A DNA stretch of 64,000 bases from assembly GCA_963827665.1 (NCBI GenBank), contig CAWHBQ010000007.1:6401-70400 (forward strand), written 5' to 3'. The translations under genes and the position numbers were made by a program. The first letter of the stretch is position 1, and the number at the start of each line of letters is the position of its first letter. Under the pieces are notes generated by a model. It had not been told where the DNA came from and ran no database searches. It saw only the letters and a list, made by a program, of their open reading frames with translations. Positions 55,973 to 63,976 of this stretch are shown one piece after another. Source of the DNA: an uncultured Oscillospiraceae bacterium. Its GTDB lineage: Bacteria; Bacillota; Clostridia; Saccharofermentanales; UBA5734.

Positions 55973-57081
55973 TATTTTTCTGCTTTCTGACCTGAAAGGA
56001 AGGCGTTGATGAAACCATCGAGATTGCCGTCCATTACACTATCGACATCAACAACTTCATAGCCGGTGCGCTGGTCCTTGACCATGGTATACGGGCAAAA
56101 GACGTAGGAACGGATCTGGCTGCCCCAGGCGATGTCCATCTGGTTACCCTTGAGGTCTTCAATCCGGTCCATCTGGGCCGCCCGGGCCAAAGCGAAAAGT
56201 TTGGCCTTCAGCATGCCCATTGCGGTTTCCCGGTTCTGCACCTGAGATCGTTCAGTCTGGCAGGACACAACACAGCCTGTCGGCAAATGGGTGAGGCGGA
56301 TGGCCGATTCGGTCTTGTTGACATGCTGGCCGCCAGCGCCAGATGACCGGTAGGTGTCGACCCGGAGATCTTCCGAGCGGATTTCGATCTTGATCGAATC
56401 ATCGAGTTCCGGCATGACTTCCAGCGAGGCGAAAGAGGTATGGCGGCGTCCGGACGAGTCAAATGGCGAAATCCGCACCAGGCGATGCACGCCCATTTCC
56501 GATCTCAGGTAGCCATAGGCATTGTCGCCGATGACCATGAATGAAACACTTTTCAGGCCGGCTTCATCGCCATCCAGGATATCGAGCAGCTTTACCTCGA
56601 AACCGTGCGCCTCAGCCCAGCGGGTGTACATCCGGTAAAGCATTTCGGTCCAGTCCTGGGCTTCGGTGCCGCCGGCACCGGCGTGCAGGGTCAGGATGGC
56701 ATTGCTGTCGTCGTATTCACCAGTGAATAGGGTTTCCAGACGCATGTTCTCGTATTCTTGCTTCAAAGTGGCCAGGTTGGTTCCAACTTCGATGGCAATT
56801 TCGGCGTCTTCGGCCTCCTGTCCCAGTTCGCACAACACCTGCAGGTCTTCATATTCCTGCTTCAACCGCTGGAAACGGTCGACTTTTTTCTGCAGATGCT
56901 TGACTTTGGTCTGGATTTTCTGGGCGCGTTCGACATCATCCCAAAAACCGGGTTCCTGGGCGCGGGCTTCGAGTTCGGCGATTTCATCACGGACATGGCC
57001 AATATGCAAGGCCAGCCGCAATTGTTCGAGTTGCTCATCGAACTGTCCCAGCTCCTGACGGTACTGGTCAAATTCAATCAT
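55972..57081 (-). CDS. prfB: Peptide chain release factor 2, single uninterrupted ORF
   Basis: 369 aa with SPF tripeptide (RISPFDSSGRRHTSF) and GGQ (SSGAGGQHVNKTESA). No in-frame UGA near codon 25. Confidence 0.92.
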   Translation of the reverse strand: MIEFDQYRQELGQFDEQLEQLRLALHIGHVRDEIAELEARAQEPGFWDDVERAQKIQTKVKHLQKKVDRFQRLKQEYEDLQVLCELGQEAEDAEIAIEVGTNLATLKQEYENMRLETLFTGEYDDSNAILTLHAGAGGTEAQDWTEMLYRMYTRWAEAHGFEVKLLDILDGDEAGLKSVSFMVIGDNAYGYLRSEMGVHRLVRISPFDSSGRRHTSFASLEVMPELDDSIKIEIRSEDLRVDTYRSSGAGGQHVNKTESAIRLTHLPTGCVVSCQTERSQVQNRETAMGMLKAKLFALARAAQMDRIEDLKGNQMDIAWGSQIRSYVFCPYTMVKDQRTGYEVVDVDSVMDGNLDGFINAFLSGQKAEK

Positions 57082-58256
57082 TTCAGACGGTTCCTTTCCA
57101 CAAATCGTTTCAGACGCAGCATGGCTTCACGGATATTGTCCATTGATGCCGCATAGCTGATCCGGACAAAGCCTTCGCCGCACTCACCGAAGGCATTGCC
57201 TGGGACTATCGCCACTTTTTCCTCCCGCAGGAATGTTTCACAAAATTCGTTTGAGGTCATCCCGGTGCTGCGGATATCCGGGAAGACATAGAATGCGCCG
57301 AGTGGTTCAAAGCAGGCCAATCCCATCTCCCGGCAGGCATGGACGACAAAGCGACGGCGGCGGTTGTATTCGTCGCGCATCGGCGCAATATGGTCGTCGC
57401 TGTTGTGCAGCGCTTCGATGGCCGCTTCCTGGGCTGTCGTCGGCGAACTCATGATCGCATATTGATGGATCTTGTTCATTGCAGCCAGGATCGTCTCCGG
57501 ACCGCAGGCAAAACCGATGCGCCAGCCGGTCATGGCAAAAGCTTTGGAGAAGCCGCCGATCACGATCGTCCGCTCAAGCATGCCCGGAAGTTCAGCGATC
57601 GAGCAATGCTGGGCCGGTTCATAGGTCAGTTCAGCATAAAGCTCGTCGGAAAGGACCAGAATCGGCTGATCGGCAATCACATCGACACAAGCCTGCAATT
57701 CTTCCCGGCTCATGACAGCCCCGGTCGGATTGTTTGGATAGCCGATCATGACCAGCTTGGTTTTCGGCGTGATGGCGGCCTGCAGCTGGTCAGGGCGCAG
57801 GACGAAATCGTCTTCCGCGTTCAGCGGAATGAGCACCGGAACACCGCCAGCCAGCAGGACACAGCTCTTGTAGGCAACAAAGCAAGGTTCAGGGATGATG
57901 ACTTCATCACCGGGATTGATCACCGCGCGAACAGCAAGATCGATCGCTTCGCTGCCGCCAACGGTGACAATGACTTCTGATTTCGGCTGGTAAACCAACT
58001 TGAAGCGTTGCTTCATATAGTCACTGATTGCTTCGCGCAACTCGATGAAGCCCTGGTTCGGCGAATAATGGGTATTGCCCTGTTCCAGCGAATAGATGCC
58101 GGCTTCGCGAATTGCCCACGGGGTGACAAAGTCAGGTTCGCCGATGGACAGCGAAATGACCTGGCCCTTTAATTCGTTGGCCATGTCGAAAAAGCGGCGG
58201 ATCGCTGAAGGCGGGATCGCTTTGGCTGTTTCAGAGAGAAATGAATCAAGGTTCAT
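57078..58256 (-). CDS. Class I/II PLP-dependent aminotransferase (aspartate/aromatic type)
   Basis: SLSIGEPDFVTP..., NNPTGAV, GGFSKAFAMTGWRIG (Lys motif). Confidence 0.85.
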   Translation of the reverse strand: MNLDSFLSETAKAIPPSAIRRFFDMANELKGQVISLSIGEPDFVTPWAIREAGIYSLEQGNTHYSPNQGFIELREAISDYMKQRFKLVYQPKSEVIVTVGGSEAIDLAVRAVINPGDEVIIPEPCFVAYKSCVLLAGGVPVLIPLNAEDDFVLRPDQLQAAITPKTKLVMIGYPNNPTGAVMSREELQACVDVIADQPILVLSDELYAELTYEPAQHCSIAELPGMLERTIVIGGFSKAFAMTGWRIGFACGPETILAAMNKIHQYAIMSSPTTAQEAAIEALHNSDDHIAPMRDEYNRRRRFVVHACREMGLACFEPLGAFYVFPDIRSTGMTSNEFCETFLREEKVAIVPGNAFGECGEGFVRISYAASMDNIREAMLRLKRFVERNRLK

Positions 58257-58741
58257 AAGACAATCGCCTCCCGATGGTCCTCGTCCTTGGTCAGGAATTC
58301 GGTCCCGTTCATCTTGTATTTTTTCAGGATAAAATGGGTCTGGGTCGAGACAACAGACTCCAGCGGCGCGATTTTTTCGGAAACAAACATGGCCACTTCT
58401 TTAAGGCTCTTGTCTTCGATAATCACCATCAGATCGAATCCACCCGACATCAGGTAGCAGGACTGCACCTGGGGATAGCGGTAGATCCGCTGGGCGATAT
58501 GGTCAAAGCCCTGGTCGCGCTGCGGCGTGACCCGGACTTCGATCAGGGCGGTCACCGGTGCAGCGGCTGTTTTTTCCCAGTTGACCAGGGCGCCGTAGCC
58601 GAGAATCATCTTGTTTTCTTCAAGTGCCGCGATGGTCTTTTCGACCTCTTCGACTGGCCGGCCGATCATCACGGCAATTTCGGCAGCCGTCAGTTTGGCG
58701 TTTTTCTCCAGCAAGCTGAGAATTTCTTCTTTTTTATTCAT
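58253..58741 (-). CDS. Lrp/AsnC-family transcriptional regulator
   Basis: 162 aa. ILSLLEKNAKLTAAEIAVMIGRPVEEVEKTIAALEENKMI HTH plus an RAM-like C-terminal half. AGGAGG RBS. ATGA overlap with the aminotransferase. Confidence 0.85.
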   Translation of the reverse strand: MNKKEEILSLLEKNAKLTAAEIAVMIGRPVEEVEKTIAALEENKMILGYGALVNWEKTAAAPVTALIEVRVTPQRDQGFDHIAQRIYRYPQVQSCYLMSGGFDLMVIIEDKSLKEVAMFVSEKIAPLESVVSTQTHFILKKYKMNGTEFLTKDEDHREAIVL

Positions 58742-58782
58742 GGTCTACCTCCTGAAAGTGCTCGATAATCGGGCTAAAGGGC

Positions 58783-59529
58783 TTAAAGTTGTGGCTTCGA
58801 TGGTATCATAACCGGAACTTTCTTTACAAGATAAAGATAGAGCATCGCCATAAGGCGGCCTTGGGCAAAGGTCTGCAGGACGATGAAAAATTGCGGGACC
58901 AGGAATGAGGTCATGAATGTGGCTGGCAGCAGACTAAGCACTATCGATTCCGGTAAAGAGAGCAGGATGGAGAGAAAAAACATCTGCAGCAAGACCATTA
59001 TCCGGAATCCTTTGGTCAACTGGACGCTGGCTTGCAGGCCGTCGACCAGTTTCCGGCGGTCAGCGAGCAACAGCAAGGGTAAAAGGTATAGGTTGGCAAC
59101 GGCAAAAAATACCGGAATCATGAACAGGAGTGCCGAAAGCATTATGGGCACAACCATCAGGGCCAGGATCAGGATCAATCTTGGCAGACCGGTGAAAAAG
59201 CCCTTGGCAATTTCCTGCCCCGACCGTGAATCGTGTTCACCGACCATCATGGTTGCATAGGCGAAGATGACAAACAAATTGATGATGCTGACTATCATAG
59301 TCATGCCGATGACAACCATGTTTCCGGTCGTGAAACTTGGAATGCCCTTGGCCGGGTCAGCCATATATGCTTCCACTCCGGACAGGAAGGCTGAAAAATC
59401 AGGATCGCCAAAGGGAACGACGTATGGTGCAATATTGATCAGATAGAGGACAATAAAACCGATCTGGACAAGACGTTCGTGTTTGACTTTGTAAAATTTC
59501 AGTGCTTCCAGGGTCAGTAGCAAATTCAT
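58783..59529 (-). CDS. Polytopic membrane protein, unknown function
   Basis: 248 aa with about 6 hydrophobic segments. AAAGGAG RBS before the ATG. No family recognised. Confidence 0.5.
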   Translation of the reverse strand: MNLLLTLEALKFYKVKHERLVQIGFIVLYLINIAPYVVPFGDPDFSAFLSGVEAYMADPAKGIPSFTTGNMVVIGMTMIVSIINLFVIFAYATMMVGEHDSRSGQEIAKGFFTGLPRLILILALMVVPIMLSALLFMIPVFFAVANLYLLPLLLLADRRKLVDGLQASVQLTKGFRIMVLLQMFFLSILLSLPESIVLSLLPATFMTSFLVPQFFIVLQTFAQGRLMAMLYLYLVKKVPVMIPSKPQL

Positions 59530-59542
59530 GGGTTCTCCTTTG

Positions 59543-59577
59543 AAAAAACCTTACGGATCTTGAACTGGTCCGTAAGG
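59543..59577 (-). terminator. Strong rho-independent terminator closing the hydrogenase-like sensor cluster
   Basis: Minus strand CCTTACGGA-11 nt-TCCGTAAGG (9-bp perfect stem) followed by TTTTTT. Confidence 0.7.
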
Positions 59578-59637
59578 CCGATAAGCAGTGCCGGAAATAC
59601 CGTTCAGTATTTTCAAGCCAGCGGAAACATTATCCTG

Positions 59638-60204
59638 TCAGGATGTGATTTCGTCCAGATAGCCAGAGAATACGGCTTGTTGCTGCTCTCTGACATAGTC
59701 GCGCAGCCAGACTAGAACGGACGGTTCATCAAGCGGCAAGTCCTCAAGTTCAGTCCGGACGTCCGCCAGATTCAATTCAAACAATCGATCCGGGGCACTG
59801 AAGGTCAGTGAATAATTCAGCAGCGGATCTGCGGAAACCAGCACGAAAAGGGTATCTCCGATTTCACCGAGCGGCAGGCGGTCAATGCTCGACAGCCCCA
59901 GACAGGCGACAAGCCTGGTCCCCTTTCCTTCAACTGAGCTCAATTCGAGATGTCCGCCGGTCAATTCACAGAGTTCTTTGAGCAATGGAATCCCCAGGCC
60001 TACTGAACGCGTCGTCCTTGATGTGACAAAAGGGTCTTTCACCCTTTCGACCATTTCGGCCGGCATGCCGCTCCCATTGTCGGTAATCGACAGGACAAGC
60101 TGATCCGAGTCCGGGCGAACTTCAATGGCAATTGAAATTTCATTGGCTTTCGCTTTGACTGAATTCTGGACGATATCCATCAAATGCAGGGATAAATCGC
60201 GCAT
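59638..60204 (-). CDS. Stand-alone GHKL (HATPase_c) ATP-binding protein
   Basis: 188 aa. DIVQNSVKA (N-box-like), ITDNGSGMP (G1), SVGLGIPLL (G2). No HisKA/DHp, TM or receiver domain. Confidence 0.65.
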   Translation of the reverse strand: MRDLSLHLMDIVQNSVKAKANEISIAIEVRPDSDQLVLSITDNGSGMPAEMVERVKDPFVTSRTTRSVGLGIPLLKELCELTGGHLELSSVEGKGTRLVACLGLSSIDRLPLGEIGDTLFVLVSADPLLNYSLTFSAPDRLFELNLADVRTELEDLPLDEPSVLVWLRDYVREQQQAVFSGYLDEITS

Positions 60205-60240
60205 TAAACTTTACTCCAATTCTGGCTGGGAAATATTATA

Positions 60241-60981
60241 TCATTCGTTCAAACGCGGTCGCAAGGCAGCGATCAAATTCAGGCGGCCCTGGCTTGGCTG
60301 TTCCCAGGCAATAACGTCCAGTGGCCAGCCTGGTTCTTCAATCGAAACCAGGTGGTGCGAATCTGAACTGACCAGGTAGTCAAACCGTAGAAGTTCAGGA
60401 TGATCGTGGAAAAATCGTACAGGTTCCGCTCTTTTTGACAATTCGATCCAGGAGGCCGGAAAATCATCCGGTACAGCGCCAAGGTTCGTCAACATGCTGT
60501 TGGCCTCCCGGTCAAGATGGGCGGGGATGCAGACACCACCAAGTTCCAATGTGATTTGTGCAATTTCATCACAGGATAGCTGGCAAGACTGTAGCAACAG
60601 GCGATCTTCGTGGCCGATACACTCATCATCCTCATTGAAAACCAGCTGCTCACCAAAAATCTCCGGGCGGTTCTTGAGTGGCAGCATCGCGTCCTGGACT
60701 TTCCCTTCCATGACTTTGGCGGAATCGAGATCCGGGAACAGGCAAACCAGGTGAATTTCTTCACTCGATTCAATTTCCATGCCCGGTATGACCAGGGGGC
60801 CATCCATCGCTTCAGCGATTGCGATCGCCGCTTCGCAGTTGCGGCAGCTCTGGTGATCGGTGACCGCGATGATCTCAAGGCCAGCCAGCATCGCCATGCC
60901 GACGATATTGCCAGGCGTCATATCTGCATCCGAGCAGGGCGAAAGAGCCGAGTGGATGTGCAGATCACACTGGAAAACCAT
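60241..60981 (-). CDS. PHP-domain phosphoesterase
   Basis: MVFQCDLHIHSALSPCS..., AVTDHQS, CIPAHLDRE. Confidence 0.7.
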   Translation of the reverse strand: MVFQCDLHIHSALSPCSDADMTPGNIVGMAMLAGLEIIAVTDHQSCRNCEAAIAIAEAMDGPLVIPGMEIESSEEIHLVCLFPDLDSAKVMEGKVQDAMLPLKNRPEIFGEQLVFNEDDECIGHEDRLLLQSCQLSCDEIAQITLELGGVCIPAHLDREANSMLTNLGAVPDDFPASWIELSKRAEPVRFFHDHPELLRFDYLVSSDSHHLVSIEEPGWPLDVIAWEQPSQGRLNLIAALRPRLNE

Positions 60982-60983
60982 GA

Positions 60984-61328
60984 TCAGGCAAGAAAGGCAG
61001 CCAGGCGCACGCTGGCCTCGTAAGTGGACAATGGGGTCCGCAAGACGATAACGTCCTTGGCCCGGGCCCGGGCGGCAACATCTTCCGGCAGTTCGACATT
61101 TTCAGTCAACAGGACACAGGCGCACTCCGTCAGGACAGCGACGGCTATCACATTGATGCTATTGAGAATCGTCATCCAGATATCCGTTCGCTGGGCATGG
61201 GCCATAACCCAGCTGAGCATATCGCAGGCATAGCCACTGTTGACTTCACGGTCGGAAAGGTCCTCCCCCACTAGTACTTCAAAATTCAGGGCCTCTACAA
61301 TCTGGTCAAGCGTCTTCATGGCTTCCAT
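60984..61328 (-). CDS. DRTGG-domain protein
   Basis: 114 aa. GYACDMLSWVM...IWMTILNSINVIAVAVLTECACVLLTENVELPEDV...AKDVIVLRTPLSTYE is a DRTGG-like layout. Confidence 0.6.
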   Translation of the reverse strand: MEAMKTLDQIVEALNFEVLVGEDLSDREVNSGYACDMLSWVMAHAQRTDIWMTILNSINVIAVAVLTECACVLLTENVELPEDVAARARAKDVIVLRTPLSTYEASVRLAAFLA

Positions 61329-62664
61329 TCCCTCCTACCTTGGCATGACGGTTCAATTCGGATTCAAGTTCGCTCATCTGCGATACAACCGTGCGGATCC
61401 GTTCCTTGAGTTTGAAAATGCAATCTGTTTCAACAGCCAGGCCACGGACGATGTCTTCGGCCAGTGCGGCGCAATTTGGGGCGCCACAGGCACCGCAATC
61501 GAGACTGGGCAAGTTGTGGGTGATCTTCTCCATCTGCTCATATTTTTCGAGCGCTTTGAAAATATCCGGATCAAGTTTGAGCGCGTTGTTTGCTTCCGGC
61601 GGTTCAGGCCAAGATTCGATGGACACGGTATCGGCCTTGAAAATAGCCTCCGGATGGTCACGCTCAAAATCCTCTGCTTCACGGACATAACGGTTCAGGC
61701 GTGACTTCGCTGAATAGCGGTTGGCAACAGTCAGTGGACCGCCGATGCAACCGCCCATGCAGGAGTTGGCTTCGATGAAATCAATATCCCTGAGCCGCTC
61801 GTTTTCAATCTCTTCGAGGATGCCGACGACATTGAGAATGCCGTCGACAGCAAGGTATTTTTCAATCTGCAGACCGATCGCTTCACCGCCGGAGTAGCCC
61901 CAGCGAACACCGTAAGAGTCAGCCAGCATCCGGGCTTCGACAGCTTTGATCTGTGTTTCGTCCAATTTTTCAAGCTTGGCCAGGATTTGCGGATAAACCT
62001 CAGCAAATGAAATGACACCATCGATCAGAGTCGGCCGATGGCCGATCGGATTGGTCACTGCTGTCCGTTTTGCCGCGCAAGGACTGATGAAAAACAAACC
62101 AATTTCTTCAGTCTTGAAAGATGTCCTGGCCTGGGCATCACGGCGCGCGATCTCTGCAGTGACTTCCATCGGTGAGTCAAATGGCACCAGATTGTCGATC
62201 AAGCCTGGATATTTCTCCTGGATCACCCGGACAACTGCCGGACAAGCTGATGAGATCAAAGGCAGTTTGTGTTCGAGCCGAGCTTTCGGCAAATAATCAG
62301 CGGTCCCCTTCGTGACGATTTCGGCACCAAGGGCAACCTCGTAAACATCATCAAAACCGATATTGCGCAGAGCGGCGAGCACCATGACGCGAGTCGCAGG
62401 TGTACCGAACTGGGCATACAGTGAAGGTGCTGCCAATGCAATTTTATATTTAAATGAGTCAAGCATCTCAAGCGTGTCCATCTGGGCGCTCTTGGCGTGA
62501 TGCGGGCAGGCTTTGATGCACTCGCCGCAGTCGATACAGCGCTCCTCGGCGATGCGCGCCTTGCCATCACGGACGCGGATCGCCTCAGTCGGACATTTTT
62601 TGATGCAATTTGTACAGCCGACACATTTTTCTTCGTTCAATCGGACAGAGTGGAGCTTTGACAT
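61306..62664 (-). CDS. [FeFe]-hydrogenase-like protein, sensory type (2x[4Fe-4S] ferredoxin domain, H-domain-like core, C-terminal CxxCxxxxC Fe-S module)
   Basis: CVGCTNCIKKCP and CIDCGECIKACP. H-cluster-motif equivalents LISSACPAVV, FISPCAAKR, EANSCMGGCIGGP. C-terminal LDCGACGAPNCAALAEDI. Confidence 0.75.
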   Translation of the reverse strand: MSKLHSVRLNEEKCVGCTNCIKKCPTEAIRVRDGKARIAEERCIDCGECIKACPHHAKSAQMDTLEMLDSFKYKIALAAPSLYAQFGTPATRVMVLAALRNIGFDDVYEVALGAEIVTKGTADYLPKARLEHKLPLISSACPAVVRVIQEKYPGLIDNLVPFDSPMEVTAEIARRDAQARTSFKTEEIGLFFISPCAAKRTAVTNPIGHRPTLIDGVISFAEVYPQILAKLEKLDETQIKAVEARMLADSYGVRWGYSGGEAIGLQIEKYLAVDGILNVVGILEEIENERLRDIDFIEANSCMGGCIGGPLTVANRYSAKSRLNRYVREAEDFERDHPEAIFKADTVSIESWPEPPEANNALKLDPDIFKALEKYEQMEKITHNLPSLDCGACGAPNCAALAEDIVRGLAVETDCIFKLKERIRTVVSQMSELESELNRHAKVGGNGSHEDA

Positions 62665-62680
62665 GATATAACCTCTTGAT

Positions 62681-63016
62681 TTAAAAGCGCACCGTGATCG
62701 TCAATGTTGTCCCCTTGCCGATTTCGGTCTCAATGGACATTTCGTCCGAGTGTTTCTTGATATTCGGCAAGCCCATGCCAGCGCCAAAGCCCATCTCGCG
62801 CGCAATGTCCGGCGCAGTCGACCAGCCCTCTTGCATCGCGAGGTTGACATCAGGGATGCCTGGGCCATTGTCGATGATTCGGATGACGATGTGGTCCGGA
62901 TAAATGACGGCTTCAGCCCGGCCGCCGCCGGCGTGGATCACGGCATTGATTTCAGCCTCGTACATCGCAATTGCGGCACGTTTGACTGCAGAAGGCGACA
63001 CACCGAGTCGATTCAA
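62681..63016 (-). CDS. SpoIIAB/RsbW-like GHKL Ser-kinase-type ATPase (N-terminus probably extends to 63108; see finding)
   Basis: EAEINAVIHAGGG (N-box), IIDNGPGIPD (G1), GFGAGMGLPN (G2). A conserved-looking N-terminal 30 aa (LKLEYTIQGSDFINAGEASSGTKKAL) lies upstream of the first usable start codon. Confidence 0.65.
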   Translation of the reverse strand: MNRLGVSPSAVKRAAIAMYEAEINAVIHAGGGRAEAVIYPDHIVIRIIDNGPGIPDVNLAMQEGWSTAPDIAREMGFGAGMGLPNIKKHSDEMSIETEIGKGTTLTITVRF

Positions 63017-63103
63017 TGCCTTCTTGGTGCCACTTGATGCTTCGCCGGCATTGATGAAATCTGAACCTTGGATGGTGTATTCAAGCTTTAGCGGTTCGAT
63101 AAG

Positions 63104-63454
63104 TCATTCCCCCTTGCCTTTGACGCCATGCTGGTACAGGATGCCGCACGCAGAAAACATGGGCAAAGGTGTGGTGAGAATGCAAATATCCTTCTCCCTG
63201 GCTAAATCCAGCATGCCCTGGCCCGGGATCTTGCCCCGCACAAAAACAATGACTTTGACATCCATCATCTCGGCTGTGCGGATCGTCTGCGGATTGACCA
63301 GCCCGGTCAACATCATTTGATTCGTTGAGCAGGAGAATGCCATGACATCGCTCATCAAATCAGCACCGCAGGCAACACTGATCTCGAAATCCATTTCATC
63401 ACTTGGTACCAGCATAGAAGCATGCAGTGCATCAACACACGCGCTCAATTTCAT
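63104..63454 (-). CDS. DRTGG-domain protein
   Basis: 116 aa. GADLMSDVMAF...MMLTGLVNPQTIRTAEMMDVKVIVFVRGKIP...AREKDICILTTPLPMFSACG. Confidence 0.6.
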   Translation of the reverse strand: MKLSACVDALHASMLVPSDEMDFEISVACGADLMSDVMAFSCSTNQMMLTGLVNPQTIRTAEMMDVKVIVFVRGKIPGQGMLDLAREKDICILTTPLPMFSACGILYQHGVKGKGE

Positions 63455-63703
63455 AGGTGACTCCTTGTTGTTTTTGTGAAAAAAGCTATTTTTGCACAGG
63501 ATCTGGTTTATAAAACGCTGAATACTCAGACATTTTGACTAAACACACTTGTAATAATTATACCATGTATGATATCATTCGAACAACGGATTTAGTTTGT
63601 AAACAGCCTGTGCCCCGACTGATATGGTAGGTCTACACCTCCAGATATTCATGGAAAGCCACTGTCTCTTTCTTGATCCGAGAAAAATTTGGAGGTTCCA
63701 ACA

Positions 63704-63880
63704 ATGCCGGACAAAATGATCACCTGTAAAGATTGTGGAGTAGAATTTGCGTTCACCGAAGGTGAACAGGCTTTCTACAAAGAGAAGGGTTTCGAGAACG
63801 AACCAGTTCGCTGCCCCGACTGCCGTAAAGCCCGTAAGAACACAAGACGTCAATCAGGTGGTTTCGACAACAGATTCTAA
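63704..63880 (+). CDS. Small zinc-ribbon protein (CxxC...CxxC)
   Basis: MPDKMITCKDCGVEFAFTEGEQAFYKEKGFENEPVRCPDCRKARK. GGAGG lies 8 nt before ATG 63704. Confidence 0.65.
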   Translation: MPDKMITCKDCGVEFAFTEGEQAFYKEKGFENEPVRCPDCRKARKNTRRQSGGFDNRF

Positions 63881-63907
63881 GATCCGTTCAACGAAACACC
63901 AACAAAA

Positions 63908-63936
63908 GCGACCCCTCGCGGAGGGGTCGCTTTTTT
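63908..63936 (+). terminator. Rho-independent terminator of the zinc-ribbon gene
   Basis: GCGACCCCTC-gcg-GAGGGGTCGC followed by TTTTTT. Confidence 0.75.
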
Positions 63937-63942
63937 GATGGC

Positions 63943-63976
63943 AAAAAAACCACCCGTAAAAATTCGTTGCGGGTGG
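63943..63976 (-). terminator. Terminator for a convergent minus-strand gene beyond the window end
   Basis: CCACCCG-13 nt-CGGGTGG with an A-run on the plus side, which is a T-run on the minus strand. Confidence 0.5.

Noticed and set aside
63104-63106. The in-frame TGA between the DRTGG gene and the ATPase gene as a selenocysteine codon.
   Set aside because: No SECIS-like hairpin is obvious immediately downstream, the position does not align with a catalytic Cys, and no sel genes are in the window. A homopolymer indel explains it more simply. This is kept as a finding only for the start-codon problem.
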